IMG/VR virus record: IMGVR_UViG_3300030376_001348
Coordinates: 1 to 26,718 of that record
Source: a virus
Taxonomy: Duplodnaviria > Caudoviricetes
Reading direction: 5' to 3' (one strand)
DNA: 26,718 nucleotides
Part shown: positions 8,342-17,300 of the stretch, piece after piece
How positions within the stretch are numbered: the stretch's first letter is position 1
Layout of the letters: each line of letters opens with the position of its first letter
Notes under the pieces: model-generated
Databases searched by the model: none
Told to the model about the DNA's origin: nothing
The model's input: only the letters and a program-made list of their open reading frames with translations
Program-made: the position numbers and the translations under genes

Positions 8342-9460
8342 TTAAGCTACGTCTTTGAATAGCAAGTGATATGAAGGAGGTCCAAAGTCGTATCCCATTT
8401 CCATGTAGATAGCTTTAGATACTCTTGCATAATCATCTTGGTCTATGTCTCTAACAAACACTGTTCCATATCCTGGGATATTTGTGAACACTGGTTGTAT
8501 AAACGCAAAGTCTAAAATAAATGCACTATTTGCAGGCATGATATTAGGGTCAATGACCATCATACCAATTGAACCGAATGGTGTAACAATAGTGTCAATA
8601 TCTATACCAGCAACATTTCTGTCTCTAGGTATGATTGCACCTGTAATACCAACAGTTCCCTGTAGTAGTTCTTTATTTAAGTCAAGTAGTTGCTTAGGAG
8701 TAACGCAAAGTACAGGAGACTGCATTGGTGCGTGAGCATCATATAGTCTCTTAAGTCCTTCTGAGATTGAATCCCATGAAAGTACTTTGTCTGCGCCACC
8801 TCCATCGCCATCAGCATCACAATAATGTACGTTACCGCCTACAAATGTAGGTGCAACTGTATTGTTAGCATTAGCGTTTAGTGCGCAATACTCTTTAAGT
8901 CCACGCATTTCTCTTGTACCAGCACCTGGTGTTGTATTAGCACCATCTGCGAATGTACCGTTGAATGCGAACCACTCTACTTCTCTAGCCACTTTTTCAA
9001 GTGCCATAGACATTTGCTCTGCGAACTCATCAACAATTGGATTTCCACCAGCAAGTGCTAGTTTATCTCCAGCTGTTACAGTTCCATCACCATCAGAGCT
9101 GTTTGCAATGTTTGCAGACAAGTCGAATGGATTTTGGTTTTGATAAGTTGCCATAGCTGTGTAGGTCATCTTAATTCCTTTATGGAAGATTTGAGTAACG
9201 CCTGTATAAGCGACTCTATCTCTACCAAGATACTCTGTTGGCTGCGCACCTTCTTGAGCTTTTGTTGGCTCAGAAGAAACTACAGCACTATCAGCAGCTT
9301 GGATTTGCCAGAAAGTAGATTGTAAAACCTTACCTCCGTTTAATCCTCCTGTTGCTGACAAGAAAGGAGTTCTTTGACCACCTACACGGAATAACTCACC
9401 AGAAAAGTTATTAATCTTCTGGGAGTAAATTGCATTGTTTGTCAGTGATATTGCTGACAT
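8342..9460 (-). CDS. Major capsid protein (HK97 fold; resembles the DUF5309/SU10-type family)
   Basis: 372 aa; TPFLS, TQIF and TPFGSI motifs; strong GGAGG RBS; follows the scaffold; downstream terminator. Confidence 0.85.
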   Translation of the reverse strand: MSAISLTNNAIYSQKINNFSGELFRVGGQRTPFLSATGGLNGGKVLQSTFWQIQAADSAVVSSEPTKAQEGAQPTEYLGRDRVAYTGVTQIFHKGIKMTYTAMATYQNQNPFDLSANIANSSDGDGTVTAGDKLALAGGNPIVDEFAEQMSMALEKVAREVEWFAFNGTFADGANTTPGAGTREMRGLKEYCALNANANNTVAPTFVGGNVHYCDADGDGGGADKVLSWDSISEGLKRLYDAHAPMQSPVLCVTPKQLLDLNKELLQGTVGITGAIIPRDRNVAGIDIDTIVTPFGSIGMMVIDPNIMPANSAFILDFAFIQPVFTNIPGYGTVFVRDIDQDDYARVSKAIYMEMGYDFGPPSYHLLFKDVA

Positions 9461-9470
9461 AATATACCTC

Positions 9471-9494
9471 CGTATTAAATTGTCGTATTAAATT
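9471..9494 (-). repeat. Tandem 11-bp direct repeat (sense AATTTAATACG x2) abutting the MCP Shine-Dalgarno
   Basis: + strand cgtattaaatt at 9471-9481 and 9484-9494. Confidence 0.9.
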
Positions 9495-9495
9495 A

Positions 9496-9963
9496 TTACT
9501 TATTGTTTTTCTGGTTTTCAATAAGCCCTAGCTTTGCTGCTAAGGAATCCTTAACAGAACCATTCTTTAGAATGTTTGCTAACTGCTCATCTACGCCAGC
9601 AGGTACATCTGGTACTGAATTTGCATCAAGTGCAGCTACTCTAGACCTTGCATCGTCTTGAATCACTGGCTCAGGTACAGATTGTGCTTCTTCCTGTACT
9701 TGAGTAGTAGCTTCATAACCATACTCATCTTTAGCAAACTGGGAAATAGACTCAATGTCTACTGGTCCATCATACACTTGCTTTAATGCTTTACCGAAAC
9801 CATTGTCTGTTTGTAATCCCAACTTACCAAAAACATTATTTAGCTCTTTATCTTTAAAAGATGCCAATTCTGCTTCTAGTTTCTTAAGCTGTTCATCTTT
9901 ACGTTCAACAGTCTCACGTAATTGTTTTACACCATGTTCTTGCGGTGCATCAAATTCTTCCAT
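9496..9963 (-). CDS. Capsid scaffolding protein
   Basis: 155 aa, acidic, N-terminal coiled coil, directly upstream of the MCP, GGAGG RBS. Confidence 0.75.
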   Translation of the reverse strand: MEEFDAPQEHGVKQLRETVERKDEQLKKLEAELASFKDKELNNVFGKLGLQTDNGFGKALKQVYDGPVDIESISQFAKDEYGYEATTQVQEEAQSVPEPVIQDDARSRVAALDANSVPDVPAGVDEQLANILKNGSVKDSLAAKLGLIENQKNNK

Positions 9964-9984
9964 TTTGTACCTCCACTATGTGTT

Positions 9985-10158
9985 AACCTGTCAGATAAGA
10001 CCATAGGAATCTTACCGTGGTGCTACCTAATGCACTTGACTTATTTCTCTGGTAGCTTCAAGCTATAAGTCCATTACTCTACGGTTTTTAATACGAGCTT
10101 TCTACGTAGGCTTTGAAAGCTGAGTGCAGGTCTATTAGCGGACCACGCAACGCTTAAT
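9985..10158 (-). ncRNA. Candidate structured cis-regulatory leader RNA with several pseudoknots
   Basis: At least eight complementary segment pairs within ~170 nt downstream of a TATAAT (see findings). Confidence 0.65.
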
Positions 10159-10162
10159 GTCT

Positions 10163-10168
10163 ATTATA
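10163..10168 (-). promoter_or_regulatory. -10 element TATAAT for the scaffold/capsid transcript
   Basis: Perfect TATAAT just after the upstream stop codon and immediately before the structured leader. Confidence 0.6.
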
Positions 10169-10170
10169 CA

Positions 10171-11190
10171 CTAATCTGCTATAAGTCCAGTAACTTCGTC
10201 ACCTTTTTTTGCAGAGCCTAACTGTATACCTTGTTTGGATTGTAGTTCTGCACTAATACGACTAAGTCTCTTAGTAGAAGCTTCATCACCTAAAGTAGCT
10301 TCTTCTAGTGTTTCTAAACTCAAATCTCTACCTATACTTGCAGCTGATGATATCATTCCTCCAGCACCTTCATACAATTGACTTGCTTGTGCTGAGGTTA
10401 ATCCCATTTTTCTTAGCTCATCAAATCTTGCAAATGATGTAGTAAACCCTCTAGATGATGCTTGTGCCTGTAACTGTATAGTTGCTATCTCTCCTAAAAG
10501 AACTTTATCTTGTATCTTAGGATTAATTAATGCAGCAAATATAGTTGGTTGGTCTAACGTTAAGTTGTATCTTTCTCTAAATAGTTTTTCTACTTCAGGT
10601 ATTTGGTCTTTAATTCCTGCATATACAGTATCTACACGTACTTGAAATTCTTCTGCAGATACTGGGTCACCTGTTTCATAACCTGTAGCCATATCAGTAA
10701 ACTCATCTTCAAAGTCTGTAAAGTCTGCAATACCTACTTCAGCAAGTGTTTGTTTGTAAGAAGCTTTAACACTCATAAAAGAAAGCTCATCCATTACTAA
10801 CGAACCATCATCACGCATTAACTTACCAAAGTTATCTTTCCATGCTTTAGTTTGTCTAGTAGCACCTAAGGCTACATTAGGGTCTCCACTTTTAACCCAC
10901 TCAGAAGAATAAGCTTTTAATACTTCTTCAGGCATAAACCCAAATAATGTTGTAGCTAAGTTGTATCCTTGACTAGCAGTACGTGGATTAGAAGATTCTG
11001 TACTTTCTGGTGCAGTTGTACTCCAACCTTCAACTAATTTTCTATTTAACTCTGAAACTGTTTCACCACTTCTTAAACCTTTTTGTGCTGTAGATACTGC
11101 TCCGTCTTTATAAATAGTAACTTGTTCATTTACAAACTCTGGTGGACCAGCAGTAATACTTATATCTCCGTAATTATATGGTCCTACCAT
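10171..11190 (-). CDS. Putative internal virion/ejection protein (339 aa)
   Basis: Helical, Cys-free, in the block between portal and scaffold. Confidence 0.55.
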   Translation of the reverse strand: MVGPYNYGDISITAGPPEFVNEQVTIYKDGAVSTAQKGLRSGETVSELNRKLVEGWSTTAPESTESSNPRTASQGYNLATTLFGFMPEEVLKAYSSEWVKSGDPNVALGATRQTKAWKDNFGKLMRDDGSLVMDELSFMSVKASYKQTLAEVGIADFTDFEDEFTDMATGYETGDPVSAEEFQVRVDTVYAGIKDQIPEVEKLFRERYNLTLDQPTIFAALINPKIQDKVLLGEIATIQLQAQASSRGFTTSFARFDELRKMGLTSAQASQLYEGAGGMISSAASIGRDLSLETLEEATLGDEASTKRLSRISAELQSKQGIQLGSAKKGDEVTGLIAD

Positions 11191-12467
11191 TATCCTACAT
11201 AACTCCTACTGGTTACAACACCACTACCAAATGTACTCATCATTGCGTTAGTTAAATCATTTTTAACTTTTTGATATCCTCTATCTAAGCCAACTTGTCT
11301 CATTAATTCTGTCTCCTTAGCGTAGTCATTAGTAGTAATCAATTGGTTTAACAATGGGTCATCATCTTTTAGATTAACACCCATAACTTCTGATGCATTT
11401 TGTTTTTTAGCATTTACAATTGTTTGCCAAGCAATATCTCTATCGTATTGTCCATAGAATTGAAACCTTCTATCTTTAAGATTGTTAATAAATATATCTT
11501 TATACAATGAATTATTACGCATTTCTCCTGCAACTTCACTTACAGTAAACTCTCCTTGTAAATGTTTAGGTAAGTACATATCTAACAAATTTTGTACTTC
11601 AGTTTCTTTAGCAGTAGTAGTTTTAATACTTTGTCCTTCTAATGCATTAATTAAACCTATGTCCATAGTAATACCTGCAGCTGGGTCAAATACACCTTGT
11701 ATCTGTGTAATAGCTTCTTGCTGTGTAAAGTAACCACGTCTTGTTTGGTCAGCTAAGTAATTTAAAGCTACTGTAGGTATTTCTGAACCATAGTTAGCTT
11801 TAGCTGTACGATTATATAAATCTGTATAAGTAATTAAATCTTTGTCAAATTGCTCAGGGTCAGTAAATTCTGCACGTTCAGCATCTATTTGTGCCTGTGT
11901 AACATTAAGTCTGTCTAATATAGAACCATACTTATCTGTTTTCTTAAAGTTAGTTATAGCTGTACCCATATCTCCACCAGAAGCTATGTAGTAAGATGCT
12001 AAGTTATTTACATACTCGTCATCATTTAGCAATGTAGAGGTAACTTCTGTTTGATTTTGTTCTACAGCTTCTAAAAAGTTATTAGCTATTTGTACAGCGT
12101 CACCTTCAATAGACAATATAGATGCAGGTACACTAACAAGTTTGTCACCATTTAAAAATCCAGCATCAAACTGGTCTTCAGACATAACAGTAATACCTTG
12201 TGATTGTCTAGCATCTCTTTCTTCTTTGTCAGTAATTTTAGGTTCAGTACGATTATCGTAATAGTTACTAATATCTTTTAAAGTTAAATCATCTGGTAAA
12301 TCAAGAGCATATGAATAATTACCTAAATCAATAATTATTTTATACCCTTCACCTTCAACATAAATTATCTCTGTACCTTTCCAATCAGACTTTAATCCTC
12401 CACTAAATTTGGCAGGAGCATCAGGTATTACAAAATCTTTACCTTCTATTACTGGACCTTCGTTCAT
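11190..12467 (-). CDS. Putative internal virion/ejection protein (425 aa)
   Basis: Helical, acidic, Cys-free; start and stop overlap the neighbours. Confidence 0.55.
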   Translation of the reverse strand: MNEGPVIEGKDFVIPDAPAKFSGGLKSDWKGTEIIYVEGEGYKIIIDLGNYSYALDLPDDLTLKDISNYYDNRTEPKITDKEERDARQSQGITVMSEDQFDAGFLNGDKLVSVPASILSIEGDAVQIANNFLEAVEQNQTEVTSTLLNDDEYVNNLASYYIASGGDMGTAITNFKKTDKYGSILDRLNVTQAQIDAERAEFTDPEQFDKDLITYTDLYNRTAKANYGSEIPTVALNYLADQTRRGYFTQQEAITQIQGVFDPAAGITMDIGLINALEGQSIKTTTAKETEVQNLLDMYLPKHLQGEFTVSEVAGEMRNNSLYKDIFINNLKDRRFQFYGQYDRDIAWQTIVNAKKQNASEVMGVNLKDDDPLLNQLITTNDYAKETELMRQVGLDRGYQKVKNDLTNAMMSTFGSGVVTSRSYVG

Positions 12468-12928
12468 TTTTTACCGCCTCCAAACAAATTTTTTATTCCA
12501 CCATATACTTTAGTTGCTGCATCAGTTTGATTAAAACCTAATTTTTCTTCAGTAAATTTATCTATAAACCTTATTGAAGGGTCATATGTAGACATGTGTT
12601 CACTAAATGCCTGTATACCTTGTTGATTTAATCTATCTCGTTCAGCAATATATTCTGGATTATCTGGGTCTTTTAATAAGTTTTGATAGTTTTCACCCAT
12701 TATTTCTGATTCATATAAACCTTTAGTTACAGCTACACCTAGGTTAACTAAAGTAAGTTGTCTAAATATTTTTACTAAATTTTGTGCAAATGGAGCAGCA
12801 GCAGTGTTAGCAAGTAATTTAGGTATACCTACTTCAAATGCTTCATCTATAGGAGCAACAGCTTTACCTAAAAAATCTAAACCTTTCATAGAATAATCTT
12901 GTATTTTACCAGTAGTTTCTTCAGCCAT
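12464..12928 (-). CDS. Putative internal virion protein (154 aa)
   Basis: Cys-free, amphipathic helices, overlaps the neighbours. Confidence 0.5.
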   Translation of the reverse strand: MAEETTGKIQDYSMKGLDFLGKAVAPIDEAFEVGIPKLLANTAAAPFAQNLVKIFRQLTLVNLGVAVTKGLYESEIMGENYQNLLKDPDNPEYIAERDRLNQQGIQAFSEHMSTYDPSIRFIDKFTEEKLGFNQTDAATKVYGGIKNLFGGGKK

Positions 12929-14352
12929 TATCCTCCGAACATGTATGTCAACATATCTTGTTGCATCTTTCTAACTTGTTTAGCATTCTGTGTAGCTTCT
13001 ACTACATTACCATACTCATCTTCAAATTGTTGTGCGCTAATTTCAGCAGGAGTTGCAAGAGAAAACATAGATAAATCTACAGTTCCTCTACCTGGATATT
13101 GTTCTTGTAAATTTTCTATTTGTGATTGACCTATACCTGCATACTCTGGTTGTGAAGTAAGAAAGTTATAGCTTTCTAATTCTTCTGCTTTACTTCTAGC
13201 TTGTGCATAAGCAACAGAATAACTACTTGCAAAGTTTGTAGACCATGTATCTAACTCTTGTTCTGTAGGTTTTCTACCTAACTTAGCTTCAAAATAACCT
13301 TCTACCATTTCTTCTAATGAACCTTGTGATGGAGGTATGTATTCAGCAGCAAGTTTTTTAGCAGCTTCTGCTTCATCAGCTTCATCTAATTTAACTTGTT
13401 TAGCTGCAAGTTCTTTTAATCCAGCATTAAATAAGTTTCTAGCAAAAGACCAATCGTTTACTTTAGCTTGTGTTTGTGAAAAATATACAGGTGCTAACTC
13501 TGTTTCTCTCATAATAGCTTTATAAGTTTCTGTTCCCTCTACAGCATACATATTGGTATCTATCCAGTTCATTACCATTTGTATAGATGTTCTAAGTTTT
13601 TCGCTAGATTCACCAATACTTTCTGCAAAATAATTATCTGGAACTAAATTATTGTCAGTTAAAAAGTTTTGAAATGCTATTATTTCATCTTCTGATGCAT
13701 AGTTATCTAATATCCCTGTAACAGGTGTACCTTCAAAATGCCCAGCAAAAGGTAACAAACTTGTTGTACCATCAGCATTTAGGACAGGTCTTAATGGCGC
13801 ACCATCAGCAGCTGATTGTAAGAATTGTAATTCTGCTTGACTTATATTTGGATTATTTTGTATATAGGTTTTTATAGACAACGGGTCATCTAAGTTAACT
13901 TTTTTACTTATTTGTTCAAATAAATTAATATCTAATAAATCACTACCTACTTCTACTGGTTGTGTTGGAGCGTCAGGGTCAGGTTCTGAAGGTCCACTTT
14001 CTATACCAGCTGCAATACCTGCTGCTGTTTGTGTAGGTCCAACTTGTTGAGTTACTTCTACGTCATCATCTGTTGTAGTAACTCCAGACATTTCTTCATC
14101 AAAACCTTCTTTAAAGTTGGTTATTGCCCCTGATAAAGGCATATCACCTCTTATTTGTTCTAATGCTTTTGCTTTAGCTTTTCTATCTGCATCAGAAGTA
14201 ACTTCCCAGTTAGCATCTAAATACTCAATAAACTTTGGTCCAGCTTGTTTAATTAAATCATTAATATTATTTAAATCTTCTATGTTTTGATTAACAGCAC
14301 CAAGAACTTCTTTATTAAATTTAGCTAGTAACTGTCCTAATTTTTTTGTCAT
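12928..14352 (-). CDS. Putative internal virion/ejection protein (474 aa)
   Basis: Helical, acidic, Cys-free; contains YFEAKLGRKPTEQELDTW. Confidence 0.55.
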   Translation of the reverse strand: MTKKLGQLLAKFNKEVLGAVNQNIEDLNNINDLIKQAGPKFIEYLDANWEVTSDADRKAKAKALEQIRGDMPLSGAITNFKEGFDEEMSGVTTTDDDVEVTQQVGPTQTAAGIAAGIESGPSEPDPDAPTQPVEVGSDLLDINLFEQISKKVNLDDPLSIKTYIQNNPNISQAELQFLQSAADGAPLRPVLNADGTTSLLPFAGHFEGTPVTGILDNYASEDEIIAFQNFLTDNNLVPDNYFAESIGESSEKLRTSIQMVMNWIDTNMYAVEGTETYKAIMRETELAPVYFSQTQAKVNDWSFARNLFNAGLKELAAKQVKLDEADEAEAAKKLAAEYIPPSQGSLEEMVEGYFEAKLGRKPTEQELDTWSTNFASSYSVAYAQARSKAEELESYNFLTSQPEYAGIGQSQIENLQEQYPGRGTVDLSMFSLATPAEISAQQFEDEYGNVVEATQNAKQVRKMQQDMLTYMFGG

Positions 14353-14355
14353 TTA

Positions 14356-17300
14356 TTATCTTTCTGGTAAATAATCTAAATATTCCTGGTCGTCTCTATA
14401 TAACTTTAACATAACACCTGTCCATACTGGGTAAAAGTCTGGATAATCTTGCATAGCTTGATTAGCTTTATTATACATCCATATACGTAATCCTTTAGCT
14501 TTAACGTCTTCTGATGTTAACCACCAATCAGGGTTTTGTGTAGCAGAATATAATGCAGATAATTCTTCTGCTTCTTTCCAATGTATCATCGCTTGTGCAA
14601 ATCCTTTAGCTGCATCTAGTTCCATAATTGCTGGATTAACTAACCATTGTGTTTTCATTTCATTAAAGATATCTTTTATAGCTGGTGGTGATAATAAACC
14701 ATACTCATCAGCTTGAAATCCAGGTAAAGCTAATTTTAATTCTTCTCTGTATAATCTTTTAACAATTGTTTTAGTATTACTATCTAATCCTGTTTTATCT
14801 AGATTTTTAGTAAATGTTTTATATCTAAAGAAACCTATAGTGTCATTTACACTTCTACGATATTGGTCAGGACTAAGTAAAGATTTTTCTCTTACAATGT
14901 CATTATAGTTTTTTTCTTCAAAAGGATTATCTATATTTAAGTAATAACCACTAAGTTCTAATGAATCAAAGATTTCAGAATTTTCTTTTTGAAAGTTTTG
15001 TACACGAACACTATAAGGTTGTTTGCCTGTTTCTGCTTGTGTTCTAGGACTTAGTAAATAAGGATGTTCTACACCATATAATTCAAAAAACTCGTTGTAT
15101 GTAGCTATATCATTACCTTGATTTTCTTCTCTAATCCTAGTGTACTCTTCATAAAGAACTGCTTGACCCCATTGATTACCTTGTTCATCATCAATAAAGT
15201 ATTCAGGTTGAAAACCTGTAGGTCCAAAGAATTGATATAAGAACTGAAAACCAAACAATGTACCAGATTTTTCTTTAGCATACTCTAAATAAGCTTTTTC
15301 TATCTGTCCTTGGTTAACATCACCTAAAGCTAAACCTGGTTGTAGTTTTTGTATGTATGTATCTAACTTGCCAGCATTATACAATCTCTCTGGTTCACCA
15401 GCTGATACACCCCATCTATACAAATCTATAGTAGCTTTAGCTCTCATACGTTCTGCTTCTGAACTTGCATCTGTTATAACATCAAAATCATCACTTCCTG
15501 TAAATAACCAAGCAGATAATTTTTTGTACACAGGAGATATAGATACAATATCAGTTGCTTTTTCTGGTGGTGGAAAATCTCCAAATAACATTTTTTCTAA
15601 ATCATTAGCCCAACCATACTTAGCACCCATTTTTGTACTTGCTGTTTCTATAGAAGGTAATACTTTATCTATACCAAATGCTACAAATGGGTTAGGTCCA
15701 GGTACAAATCCCTGTCCTAGTAAGTTAATACCTTGTACATAACCTCTAGGAGATATTTGTAATCCTTGCTCACCATCAGATAACTCATCATCTAAAATTA
15801 AATTAGACATAAAGCCACCAAATGGATACACAAACATATCTTCTTGTGGGTCTTGTGGATTAGGAACAAAGAAACCATCACCTGAACTAGGTCCTAATGC
15901 ATCTGCTGATGTAGCACCTCTAGTACCTACATAACCTTTTCTAAGTACATATGGGTTTTGTGCAAACAATTTACCCCATGTTTGGAATACTTCAAACCAT
16001 ACTTCAGCAAATGGAAATATGTTTACAAGTTTGTCAGATATAGTATGTTTTTGTTTTGTATCGTACAATAGTTCTTTAACACCTGCTAAGCCATAAGCTT
16101 TACTTTCTATGTTCATAGCTTGATAATCGTCTATTTTTCCAGGTTTATATATTTTACTAAAGCCACGTAACTCTTGTATAACTGATTGTGGTACACCAGA
16201 ATCAACAGCTTCTTTAATAAATTTGTTTCTAAGCCCTGTACTAAAATCTTCAAATCGTTCACCAATAAACATCCATCTAAATTGTTTAAATGTTGTTGAC
16301 CTATTTAAAGTACCTATTGGTTTAGACATTAAATTATCAAATACTTTTTGATAGAATATTTCCATAGCATCTTCAAACTGTCCTAAGAAACCTTTATCTG
16401 TAGTTTCATCTATAGTGTTTCTGACAACAGTCATAGTTCCAGGGTCAATACCATCTTCTTTGTTATAATATTTTTTAAGTTCATCGACAACTTTTTTCTT
16501 TTTAAACTCTTTCATAAGATTGGCTTCATTACTAAAAAACTCAATAGTTTCTTTTTTACCAGTTCCATCAGTACCAAATTTGTTTAGTTTACCTTCTGCA
16601 ATCATTTTTCTAATAGAAGCATTACCTGTATTTGTATTAGGTCTTATTTGATATTTATATGAACCATCAAGTTGTTTAACTATATCTTTACCGTTTATTA
16701 TTTCTCCACCAGAAGATATACGTATTCTTGATTCTAAAAATTGTAAATGTTGGTCAACAGCTTCAGAACCATCTTTTAATATTTCTGACCATTTATTACC
16801 ACCTTTACTTACAAGCATTAACCTAGCTTCTCTACCTGCTGGACTAAGTATCCATTTGTTTAATTCTTCAGAACCATAACCATATTGTGCTACTTTTTGT
16901 GACAATGGGTCATTACGTAAATGTCTAAGTTCTGAATATATAGATTCTCCAATTTCATTAACAGTCATTTCTGATTTTTGTTTACCAAGATATTCTAGAT
17001 ATTTATTATTTCTTTTACCTGCTGGACCTATGTCAGTAGGTTTAAATGTTTTTTGCATAGCCTCAATAACTTCTTCTTGCATAAGAAAATCAATAGCATC
17101 TTCATTATAAGTAGCACCTTTGTATTTAGATAAAGGCATACTTTCAAGTATCTTACCTACTTTAGAATTAGGATTATGAGCAGCTAACCATTGTAAATAA
17201 CTTATTGGTTTGTTGTATATTCCTGATAAACCTTTTACAGCCATACGTGCTTGCTCTTCCATAAACACACGTGTAAAAAATGCAGCTCTCATAAGCACTA

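Noticed and set aside
9482-9490. TAATACGAC here and CTCACTATA upstream of terL resemble halves of the T7 promoter
   Set aside because: They never occur together as a full promoter, there is no repeated ~23-bp consensus and no RNAP gene in the window; treated as coincidence.
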